Positions 1-10,565 of a stretch of DNA of 22,649 bases are shown piece by piece. The stretch's first letter is position 1, and each line of letters starts with the position of its first letter. Position numbers and translations under genes: made by a program. Source of the DNA: Paramoeba atlantica (taxonomy: Eukaryota; Protista; Discosea); NCBI GenBank assembly GCA_977017575.1, contig CDRNVI010000127.1:1-22649 (forward strand), written 5' to 3'. The notes beneath the pieces are model-generated. The model had not been told where the DNA came from and did not search any database. It was given only the letters and a program-made list of their open reading frames with translations.

Positions 1-1645
1 TCTTAAAACTTTATATAAATAAGTATAATAATAATTTATTAAAAAAATAATTATTATACCAGACATACTAAAAAAAAAAAGGAATATTTTTTATATATCA
101 AGGTAAAAATTCTGATTCTAAAATTAAAATATTTCTAGTTGAAATTATATTTAATCAATTTAATCAAGTATCATTACCTAATCCTATAAATAAATCTTTA
201 TTAATATAACCAAAAAATATACTATTTAAAGCTAATATAAATAAAGGTAAAGACATAAAAATATTAGATTCATGTATTAATTCAAACATTTTTCTATAAC
301 CATTAGGTGATGTTATAAAAACATATACTAATAACCTAATACTATATAATGATGTAAACAAAGCTGCTATAACACTTAATCAATAAATAAAAGAACTATC
401 TATTATATATGATATATAAGTAATTTCAATTATAACATCTTTAGAATAAAACCCTGTTAAAAAAGGTATACCCATTAATGCTAAAGAACCTATTAACATC
501 ATAATATAACTATAAGGTAATAATTTAATTAACCCTCCATATTTTCTTATATCTTGTTCATCAGATAAAGCATGTATAATAGCCCCCGCACTTAAAAATA
601 ATAATGCTTTAAAAAAAGCATGATTAGTTAAATGAAATAAACTTAGTGAATAATTTGATAACCCACATATAAACACCATATAACCTAATTGACTACAAGT
701 TGAATATGCTATAACCTTTTTTATATCATTTTGAAATAAACCTATAGTTGCTGCAAAAAAACTAGTTAAAACACCAACTAAAGTTATAATTCATAAACCA
801 ATAGCTGAATATTCAACCATTGGTGATAATCTTATTAAAATAAATACTCCAGCTGTAACCATTGTTGCTGCATGTATAAGAGCAGAAACTGGTGTTGGAC
901 CAGCCATAGCATCCGGTAATCAAGTATGTAAACCTAATTGTGCAGATTTTCCCATAGCTCCAATTAATATAAAAATAGTTATCAAAGTTATTGTATTAAA
1001 ATAATTATTTATAAAATAAATATAATCAAATTGACACATATCACTTATTGCGAATATTATACTAAAATTTAATGTTTTATATTCTAAATATATTAAACAT
1101 ATACCTAAACCAACTCCAATGTCACCTATTCTATTCATAATAATAGCTTTAATTGCAGCTTTGTTTGCATCTGCTATTGTAAATCAAAAATTAATTAATA
1201 AATAAGATACTAAACCAACACCTTCTCAACCTAAAAATAATTGTAATATATTATCAGCTGTAACTAACATTAACATAAATCATGTAAATAATGATAAATA
1301 AGATACAAATCGAGAAGAAAAAGGATCATTATACATATAACCTATTGAATAAAAATGAACTAATAAAGATATTGTATTTACTACAATTAACATAACACCT
1401 GTTACAGGATCGAAAATAAATCCTCATGTTACATTAAATAAACCTATATTAAATCATGAAAATAATTTTAAAAAACATACAGAACCTTTTAATACAGTTT
1501 CATAAAAAATATAATATGATAACAACACTGTTAATAACATATTAAAATTCGCAATTATAAAACTACCTTTATTTCCTAATAAACGCCCAAAAAAACTTAT
1601 AATTAAAAAACTTATTAATGGTAAATATAATACTAATAAATACAT
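1..1645 (-). CDS. nad5: NADH dehydrogenase subunit 5, 3'-truncated by the window edge; frameshift in the A11 run at 70-80
   Basis: Track ORFs 1454-1645, 920-1138, 380-679 and 164-361 share one frame and are joined by TGA=Trp. Motifs: [43 protein letters not shown]. As assembled it reads PFFF-TAG at 68-70; removing one T restores PFFFSMSG to the edge. Confidence 0.97.
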
Positions 1646-1664
1646 AAAAAGTATATAAAAAAAT

Positions 1665-1985
1665 TTAACCTTTTATAGTACTAATATAATCTATAGATAT
1701 AATACCTCTTAATCTATAATAAATAACTATTAATCCTAAACCAATAGCTGATTCAGAAGCTGCTATAGTTAATATATATAAAGGCAAATATCTGACCATA
1801 TATATCATCTAAATATATTGATAAAAAAATAAATAATAAATTTACAGATGCTAAAATTAACTCTATAGACATTATTATTATTATTATATTTCTACGTGTA
1901 ATAAAATACCCGCTATACCTATAATAAATAAACTAAAACTTAAAATAGGTATAAATGTTTCAAAAGGAATTAAGATATTAAACAT
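1665..1985 (-). CDS. nad4L: NADH dehydrogenase subunit 4L with two opposite indels as assembled
   Basis: ATG at 1985. Reads FIIGIAGI(F)ITRRNIIIIIMSIELIL..DDIYGQIFA(L)YILTIAASESAIGLGL..KG then TAA at 1665-1667. It needs +1 nt at 1903-1906 and -1 nt at 1780-1782. Confidence 0.92.
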
Positions 1986-2003
1986 TGTTAAAATAAATGT
2001 TTT

Positions 2004-2755
2004 TTAATGTCCAGCTTCGTAAGAATCTTTTAAATAAATAGAAACTAAAACAATAAATACATAAGCTTGTAAAAATGAAATACCAAACTCTAATAAAAAA
2101 ATTACAGTTATTAATAATATTCCTAAAATACCTATAATATAATTAAATTTTAATATTTTTACAATAAAAAATAATAAAATATGTATTAATGAATGTCCCG
2201 ACATTAAATTTGCAAATAACCGTATAGATAAACTAAAACCTCTTGCAATATAAGAAATAACTTCGATACCTATTAACATAGGTAATAAAATATTAGGAAC
2301 ACCTTTTGGTATAAATAACTGTATAAAATGTAATTTTTGTTTTAAAAAACCTATTATAGTTAATCCTATAACAGTAATTGATCCTAATAAAAATGTTAAA
2401 ATTATATGACTTGTAATAGTAAAAGAACTTGGTACTAAACCAATAAAATTTGCTATTAATATAAAATAAAATAAGCTAGCTATATAAACAAAATATGGTT
2501 CACCTCTTTTACCTACTTGTGTAACTAAAACATTTAACGGAAATAAATATATAAAATTCTCATATATGTATTGTCATAACGATTTATAAACTAAATTTAA
2601 TTTAGATAATAATACATTACTTGTTATAATATTTATTATAAAAAAAATAATAAATAAATATATAAATAAGTTTGTTATATAAAAATCACTAAAATAAAAT
2701 TTATATATAAAGAAAATATATCAAATTGATCTAATGGTTGAAAAAATTTATTCAT
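2004..2755 (-). CDS. atp6: ATP synthase subunit a (6); one-base frameshift near 2696-2702
   Basis: ATG at 2755 gives MNKFFQPLDQFDIF. The downstream frame has NFIGLVPSSFTITSH, PKGVP and SLSIRLFANLMSGH. 2755-2279=476 is not a multiple of 3, so one base is missing. Confidence 0.95.
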
Positions 2756-2773
2756 AATATATAAAATAATTTT

Positions 2774-3130
2774 TTACTCTCAGGTTAAAGCACCTTTTAA
2801 TCATTCATATATGAAACCTATAGTTAATATAGTAATAAAAATCAATACTACTAAAAAACCACTTGTTCCTAAAAAATTAACTAAAGTCAATCATGGAAAT
2901 AAAAATATTATTTCTAAATCAAAAATTAAAAATAAAATAGATACTAAATAAAATCTTACATTAAAATTATGTCTAGTATCTTCAAAAGGGTGAAAACCAC
3001 ATTCATATGCTGAAACTTTTTCTATCTCAAATTTTGAATAAATAAGAAGTAAAATAATAGAAAATAATACTAAAGAAATAATCATACTTAATGATATAGA
3101 GATAATAATTATACTATATTCAAAATTCAT
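2774..3130 (-). CDS. nad3: NADH dehydrogenase subunit 3 (118 aa)
   Basis: Motifs [10 protein letters not shown] and [14 protein letters not shown]; it continues through TGA to YEWLKGALTWE and TAA at 2774-2776. Confidence 0.97.
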
Positions 3131-3133
3131 ATA

Positions 3134-3637
3134 TTATTTTTTTATAGTAAAATATTTTTTAAAAATAAAATTTTTATAGTTTATTTGATTTAATAATTTA
3201 AATTTAATACTAAATATAAAATAATTATTAATATAAAAAGTATTTAAAAAATTATTATATAAATAACTATATAAATTTGATATAGAATTTAATAATATAT
3301 TTAAATTAATATTATAAAATAAAATTATAAATTTAAAATAATAATTTTGAAATGTAGATATTAAAATATTTTGAAATATTATATTTTTATATAAATAAAA
3401 AATATAATATAGTTTTAATAATTTTAAATAATATTGTTTATATATTTCATTTTTTTTTATAATTAAGAAATTACTTTTTAACGAAGAAATATAAAAAGTA
3501 AATAAAGATATAATTAATAATATAATTATAATTAATAAATTACCAACAGAATTAAAAAAAAATAAATGATTTGAAAACATATTAACTAAAAATAATATAG
3601 AAATATAAAAAATTATAAAATTAAAAATTTTATTCAT
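3134..3637 (-). CDS. ORF167, candidate ATP synthase subunit b (atp4/ymf39-like)
   Basis: Stop-free 167 codons in very AT-rich DNA, 3-4 nt from both neighbours. Two N-terminal hydrophobic stretches are followed by a K/N/Y-rich tail. The atp4 identity rests on size and architecture only. Confidence 0.5.
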   Translation of the reverse strand: MNKIFNFIIFYISILFLVNMFSNHLFFFNSVGNLLIIIILLIISLFTFYISSLKSNFLIIKKNEIYKQYYLKLLKLYYIFYLYKNIIFQNILISTFQNYYFKFIILFYNINLNILLNSISNLYSYLYNNFLNTFYINNYFIFSIKFKLLNQINYKNFIFKKYFTIKK

Positions 3638-3641
3638 ATGT

Positions 3642-4790
3642 TTAAGTAATATTTTTATATAATGATTTTTCTAATTTAACAATAACAGGTAACAATATAA
3701 TAAAATATATAAAATAAAAACTTGTAGCCATTTGACCTATAAAATAATAAGGTTCTTCTATAGGTTTACCTCCTATTCAGGTTAATGTAATAAAATCCAT
3801 AATAAATAATCAAAAACCTAAATTATAAATAGGTCTAAAATAACCACTAACTATAGGTGCTTTCACATAAAATGGAAATATTATTAAAACAATAATAGAT
3901 AAAACTAATAAGATAAAACCACCTGCTTTATCTGGTACAGATCTTAAAATTGCATAAAAAGCTTTAAAATATCATTCTGGTACGATATGTACGGGTGTTA
4001 CTAAAGGATTTGCTTCTAAATAATTATCTGCGTCTATTATACTTGGAGTATGTTTTATAGCATACATATTAAAACCAAATAATAATAATAATGAACTAAA
4101 TAAATCTTTAAAAACAAAATAAGGATGAAATGGTATTTGATCTACCTTATGATTAATACCTAATATATTATTAGAACCAACTTCATGTAATAATATAATA
4201 TGAACTCCAGCTAAAGCTGCTATAACAAAAGGTAATAAATAATGTAAACTAAAAAAACGATGTAATGTAGCTTCATCAACAGAAAATCCACCTCATAATC
4301 ATAATAATATATCATTACCTACAAAAGGTATAACTGACACTAAATTAGTAATAACAGTTGCTGCTCAAAAACTCATTTGACCCCAAGGTAAAACATAACC
4401 TACAAAAGCTGTTATAATCATAATTAATAATATTATAACACCAGATACTCATACAAATTGTCTAGGATAAGTATATGAACCATAATATAAACCTCTAAAT
4501 ACATGTAAATATATTACAAAAAAAAAAACTGATGATCCACTAGCATGGTACATTCTTAGCATATCACCAAAATGTACATCATTAACTATATGTCTAACAC
4601 TAGCAAAAGCTAAATCAGCATTAGGTGTATAATACATAGCTAAAATAACACCTGTTAAAATCTGAATAATTAAAAACAAACCAGCACTAACTCCTAAATT
4701 TCAAGCATAAGTTATATTAGCAGGAGCTGGATAAACTACTAAAGCATTATAAAATGCATTTACAAAAATATCTTTTTTAACTAATCTCAT
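3642..4790 (-). CDS. cob: Apocytochrome b (382 aa), intact
   Basis: ATG at 4790 (MRLVKKD). Motifs [37 protein letters not shown] and HIVPEWY; TAA at 3642-3644. I read the frame through with no TAA/TAG. Confidence 0.99.
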
Positions 4791-5170
4791 TATTTATATA
4801 TTGTTTTTATTATAAAATATTTTTTATTTAATAAAGATTCTTTTTTTAAGAAATTTAAACCTAATATATATAATTTACTAAAAATAATAATTTTAATATT
4901 ATTAATTTTAGATTTTAATAAAACAACAAATTTATTTAATAAAAAATTATTATTTAATAAAATACTTAAATTTAATTTTATAATAAATAAAATATTTGAT
5001 TCTAATAATAATAATCTTTTTATTATAGATTTTAATTTATATTTTCTTAATTTAATAGTTTTATTTATTAAAGGGAATATATATCTTGCATAATAAATAT
5101 AAATTAATCAAAAAAATATAAAATTTAAAACTAATTCTAAAAATAAAATTCCTAAATCTAATTGTGGCAT
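4790..5170 (-). CDS. atp8: ATP synthase subunit 8 (126 aa)
   Basis: It starts with the diagnostic MPQLD, then a hydrophobic helix (with TGA=Trp) and YIFPLINKTIKLRK. Its TAA overlaps the cob ATG (TAATG). It is absent from the track. Confidence 0.93.
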
Positions 5171-5200
5171 AATAATAATTTTTTTTTTTATTACTATAAT

Positions 5201-5408
5201 TTAATTACTAAATAATTTTCTTAATCATTTTTTCACGTTTATTCTTTTCTTTCTTTTTCTATACAACATCTTGAAGGTGCAAACATATATAAGATAAAAA
5301 TATTTTTTTCTTTTTACCTTATTTTAAAAATATTATTATTATTCAAATTAATAATAATATTCAAATTTAAAAATTTCTTTTTAAATTTATTAATTAAATA
5401 TTATTTAA
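5201..5408 (-). other. Probable frameshifted 3' continuation of the giant ORF
   Basis: Short coding-like frames (YLINKFKKKFLNLNIIINL; KVKRKKYFYLIY; RKRKKRINVKKWLRKLFSN then TAA at 5201-5203) fill an otherwise atypically large gap. More than one indel is needed to join them. Confidence 0.35.
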
Positions 5409-8400
5409 TTAATATTTTTTAGAATTTAATAAAGTAACAGTATTTAATTTATAATTTATTAAGCTATTATTATTTAATAAACTATAATCATAGTCATAAA
5501 TATTATTAAAAAAATTTATTTCATTTAATTTTGAATAATAATTTAAATTTTTTTTATTTGAATACTTAATACTATATATATACTTATATATTATATTTAA
5601 ATTTTTCATAAATTTAGTAATAAATAAACTAATATCACAATTTATTTTTTTAGTATAATTATTTTTTAAAATCAAATTATTAAATAATACTAATTTTAAA
5701 AAATATTTATAATAACTATATATAGAATTATTATATTTCAAATTATTTATATTTTTATAATTATTAGTATAATCATTAATATTATTAAATAATATATAAT
5801 TTTTTATTGATACATTTTTTACTAAAAATTTATTATAGTAAACTTTATTTTTAATAAAACTTTTGAAAGTCTTATTTTTGTTATAAAAATATTGTAACAA
5901 ATTACTTCTAATATTAATTAAAATTTTTGAATAATTTAGTTTACTAAAATTTTTATATTGATTAATTCGTTTTAAAAATAATAAATCAATATTATATATT
6001 TTTCTATATATATTATAAATTTTAAAATGTATATATTTTGATAAATACGACATTATATTATCTTCATTACGTTTAAAATAATTTTCTTTTATTAATGATC
6101 ATTTAGGATATTCTACTAATAATGTTCTTCTAAAAAAATACATACTACTTTTTTTAAATAAACCTTTTTTAAATAAAATTTTTAATTTTTTTTTCATTTG
6201 TTTAAATAATAATGTTTTATTATTATTAATAAACTTATAATTTAAAAAAAAAGATGTAATATTATTATACCTATAGAATCTTCTCTTTTTTCCTGTTAAA
6301 TATAAATTTAATAATTTTTTTTCTCTTTTCTTTAAATTATTTTTTTGAATTAATATAAATACTTTCTTCTTTCTATTATAAAATTTTAAATATGAACTCT
6401 TCTGAGTAAAAGATTTATTTATAAATCAATTTCTTTTTTTTCATAAACAAATTGAGTTTTTAATATTTTTTTTTTCTTTTATTGGTTTTAAAATTATTTT
6501 TCTCTTTTCTTTTATTAAATTATTATTTATAAATAAATAATAAGTTCAAGATTTTAAATTTTTCTCTTTTCTTTTATTTAATTTTAAATTATCAATTAAA
6601 TTACAATTATAAGATATAAAATTTCTCTTTTTTAAACTTTTATTCTCTTTTCTTTTAGATATAATTGAATTATTATTTAATAAATTTTTTGAATAAAAAA
6701 TATAATTCTTTTTAATCTTAGTTAAAACTTTTATTAAATAATTTTCACAATTAATATTACAAGAAAATACTAAAAAATTATTATAAGGTATCTTTATAGA
6801 TTTTCATTTATAATATAAATCATTCTTTTCTTTTTCATTTATAATATAAAAATTTCATTTTTTTTTATGAAATTTATTTATTATATCGTAATAATCTAAT
6901 TCATAACTATTAAATATAAAATTTTTATATTTATAAACTTTAAAATTTTTATATTTATGAGAACAATAATCTTTATTAAATTTATTATATTTACAATTAT
7001 AATTATAAATATTAAAATTCAATAAATCTTTATTATTATAATTGTAAATATAATAATTTATTAAAGATTTCATATTTTTATTATTATTAAAATAATTTTT
7101 TTTCTTTATTCCCTTTTTTTTATGTAATTTATTTAATTTAATTAAATTTAAAGAAATATTATAAAAAAATTTATCAAATTTATATATTTTTTTTTCTTTT
7201 GTTGTTGATTTTTTAATAATAAAAAATTTTGAATTTTTTCTTTTTATATTTATAAATTTTTTAATTTTTTTCTTTTTATATTTATAATTATTAATTTTAT
7301 TATAATTATATTTATTAAAAATACGAAAATATAAATATTTATTTATTTGTTTTCAATTTCTTTTTTTTAATATGTTATTAAAACTATTCTTAAAAAAGAA
7401 ATTTTTAACATTTTTAGAAATTTTATAATTATTTAATAATTTAATATTATTTAATATTATTAAAAATATTTTTAATATTTTATAATCAATATTCGAATTA
7501 ATAGTATATAAAAATTTATTCATTATATAAAATTTTTTATAATTTTTATATAAAAATTTATTTTTAATATTATTATAAATACTATTAATATATAAATTTT
7601 TTATAAAATATAAAAAATTATAATTTAATAATTTTTTTCTTTTAATTAAATATGAATAATTATATAATTTTATTCTTTTTTCTTTTCTTTTATATAATTT
7701 TAAAGAATAAAAGTTATTTTTTATTCTTTTTATATAATCTAAAAATTTCTCTTTTCTTTTATATTTTTTTCATAAATTAATATTATATATTTTATAAAAA
7801 AAATTATATCTAATATTAAATAAATTTCTCTTTTCTTTTTTATTTTTAAATAAATTTAGTTTATTTAAAAATAAATTATAATTATATAATTTATTTTTAA
7901 ATTTTTTTTTAATTAAAATTTTTCTCTTTCTATATAATTTATTTTTATTTTTTTTATACAATAATTTTTTAAATAAAAAATAATAATTATTATAAAAATT
8001 TTTTATATTAAATTTTTTATATTTTAAATATTTTTTATTATAATATTTTAATAAATTTTCTTTTCTAAATAATAAAAATAAATTTTTTTTATTCTTTTCA
8101 AGACAATATTTTTTTCTTATATAAAAATTATTATTAAATTTTATATAATCTAAATTAAATAAATTTAATTTTGATAAAGACTTAAAATTATAACCTAAAA
8201 ATACTTGACCTTTTTTTAAAAAAATAGTTTTTTTTATTATATTATTATTATAATGAAATAATTGTTGTTTTCTTCTTCTCTTTTCTTCTCTTTTCTTTCT
8301 AAAACTATTACTTATAGTTTGAAAATATAAACCATTTTCTGGTCCAAAATTTAAAAAATCTTCATTATCTATATTATTAAAACGAGTTTGCTTTAAAAAC

Positions 8401-8888
8401 AATTTTTTTCTTAATTTATTTTTATATGATAATAAAAAATTATAATTTTTATACCTTAACTTTCTATTATATATAAATTTTTTATTACAATCTAAAAAAT
8501 TCATAAAAGAATTTTGAAAAAAATTATTATAAAAATTTTTATAATTATCTTTTATAACAAAAAACGATTTAGAATTATTTAAATTCAATAATAAATATTT
8601 ATTATTTAAATACTCTAATTTATAAAATTTTTTATTAATATTAAATTTAAAAAATTTATTCATTAAATAATAAATATTTATTATTAAATTAAGATTGAAA
8701 TTTTTTATTTCTGAATAAATATTATCACTAATAACATCAATAACATTATTTAATAATAAAAAATTTTTACTCTTATAATTTAAATTATATAAAGATAACT
8801 CATTATAATCTGTTTTATTATCAAATAAAACTATTTTATTATTTTTTATATTATGTTTTATTATATTATTATATCATGTAGTTTTCAT
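5409..8888 (-). CDS. Unidentified mitochondrial ORF1159, K/N/Y/F/L-rich, directly downstream of rps13
   Basis: ATG at 8888 (MKTTWYNN), 3 nt after the rps13 stop. One frame links track ORFs 7770-8663, 6855-7073 and 5409-6053 through 9 TGA codons, with no TAA/TAG over 1,159 codons. Confidence 0.9.
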
Positions 8889-8891
8889 CAC

Positions 8892-9206
8892 TTATATTAT
8901 TTTTTTTCTCGATGATCTATTATTAGTCTTTGATCGTTGATTATACATAGGTAACCCTCTAATACGTTTATAACCAAAATAAGAACCATTAACTATTTTT
9001 TTCATAATATTATTATATCTAATATGTTTAATTTGTTCCTTCCTTTTAAAAAAATATAACAAATTTTTTTCTAACTGTTTTAATAAACCTTTATTATTAA
9101 TATTTTTATAAGATTTATTATATAATAAACCAAATTTAAATAATATTATAGATAATAAAGATAAACCAATATTATAATTATTAATTATATAACGTTTTAT
9201 ATTCAT
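8892..9206 (-). CDS. rps13: Ribosomal protein S13
   Basis: C-terminal GSYFGYKRIRGLPMYNQRSKTN matches the S13 G-Y-G-R---GLP--GQRT-TN motif; it follows rpl6. Confidence 0.92.
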   Translation of the reverse strand: MNIKRYIINNYNIGLSLLSIILFKFGLLYNKSYKNINNKGLLKQLEKNLLYFFKRKEQIKHIRYNNIMKKIVNGSYFGYKRIRGLPMYNQRSKTNNRSSRKKII

Positions 9207-9308
9207 ATTTTTTATTGTTTATTTATAATACCCATTTCATATAAATAATTTTTAACTTGAAGTCAATTATTATCGAAAATTAATTTTAAATTATAATTAT
9301 GTATATAA

Positions 9309-9332
9309 ATTAAATTATAATTATAATTTAAT
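9309..9332. repeat. 24-bp perfect palindrome in the rpl6-rps13 spacer
   Basis: ATTAAATTATAATTATAATTTAAT is its own reverse complement; AAATTATAATTAT also occurs at 9288-9300. It is all A/T, so function is uncertain. Confidence 0.6.
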
Positions 9333-9356
9333 AATACCTTAAAACTTATTGCTGAA

Positions 9357-9896
9357 TTAATAAGTTCCTTTTTTTCAATTTTTTTTAATATATAATTCAT
9401 TTTTTTCTTTTATTCCTTTCAATTTATATGCATTTAATTTTCTAAATTGTTTTATTTCCACAGATACTTTTTTTAACAAAAAATAAGAATTACTAAATAA
9501 AAAAAGATTTCTTCTAGATCTAGATTTAACTAAAATACCTTTAGGTATATTATAATAAATCAAATGATTATAACCTATATTAAATCTTAATTCATTATCT
9601 TTTCAAATAGTCATAGTAAAACCTAAACCTATAACATTTAAAATTAGGCAATAACCTCTTATCAAATCAATTAAATTTTTTTTTATATATCTTTGAAATA
9701 AACTATAATATTTCTTTCTTTTAATAATTAATGTTTTATTATTTAATATAAATATATTTTTTTGATTAAATAAAGTTAAGATAGTTAAATCTATATTTTT
9801 TTTATAATTACTTATTATATTTTCCATAAAAATATTATTATTATTATGTATAATATTTAATAAAGAACTTTTTCCTAAATATAATTTTTTTTTCAT
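9357..9896 (-). CDS. rpl6: Ribosomal protein L6 (179 aa)
   Basis: Track ORFs 9603-9896 and 9375-9563 join through TGA. Motifs LNVIGLGF, RFNIGYNH and RKLNAYKLKGI; TAA at 9357-9359. Confidence 0.92.
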
Positions 9897-9899
9897 TTA

Positions 9900-10292
9900 T
9901 TATAATATATTTTTATATAATAGATGTACTTTTAATAAGGCTTTACCACCACTTTTTATAATATAAGCTTCATCGTGTGTTAACAAACCTTTATTACTAC
10001 TATAAAAACAAGGATTAAAATAAAATTTAGAAAAATTTTTATTAAAAGTTTTAAATTTTAAATATTGTTTATTACCTCCTGAAGATAATTGTTCTAAAAA
10101 AATTAAAGGCTTATTATTATAATATTTTAATGTTATTTTTATTTGGTATTTATTACATATTATAAAACTATTTATCAAATTTAATTCGTATAAACGTGAT
10201 AATATAGGTAAATACTTTTTTTTTAATGGTATATATAAACTTTTTAAATTAGCTATATACCCATTATTAATTTGACTACAAAAAAAATTCAT
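9900..10292 (-). CDS. rps8: Ribosomal protein S8
   Basis: Motifs SQINNG, ITLKYYNNKP and SSNKGLLTHDEA..SGG; position between rps14 and rpl6. Confidence 0.93.
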   Translation of the reverse strand: MNFFCSQINNGYIANLKSLYIPLKKKYLPILSRLYELNLINSFIICNKYQIKITLKYYNNKPLIFLEQLSSGGNKQYLKFKTFNKNFSKFYFNPCFYSSNKGLLTHDEAYIIKSGGKALLKVHLLYKNIL

Positions 10293-10295
10293 AAC

Positions 10296-10565
10296 TTATC
10301 AAGATATTTTTTTTAAACCATTAATTTGTTTCATATTAAGAGATTCTTTTATATTCATTCTAGATAAAGAAAAATCTCGAAAAACAGATCTCTTTAAACC
10401 AGTTTCTATACAAAAATTCTTTCTTAAAATATTCTGTATAGGAAAATTCAAAAAAAATATTTTCTTTTTCCTATATATTTTTAAAATTTTTAATAATAAT
10501 ACTAATGTATTATTATTATTATATATTCTTTCATTTTTATAATTTTTTAAAAAATATTTTTTCAT
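10296..10565 (-). CDS. rps14: Ribosomal protein S14
   Basis: NFCIETGLKRSVFRDFSLSR; ends GLKKIS-W(TGA)-TAA, the typical S14 terminal Trp. Confidence 0.93.

Noticed and set aside
893-913. nad5 DAMAGPTP in place of DAMEGPTP
   Set aside because: The Ala variant is known in bacterial NuoL, so it is not evidence of a code change or error.
5820-5900. S4-like stretch (FIKNKVYYNKFLVKNVS) in the giant ORF
   Set aside because: The resemblance to the S4 RNA-binding motif is too loose in low-complexity sequence, and the RLDN-type motif is absent.
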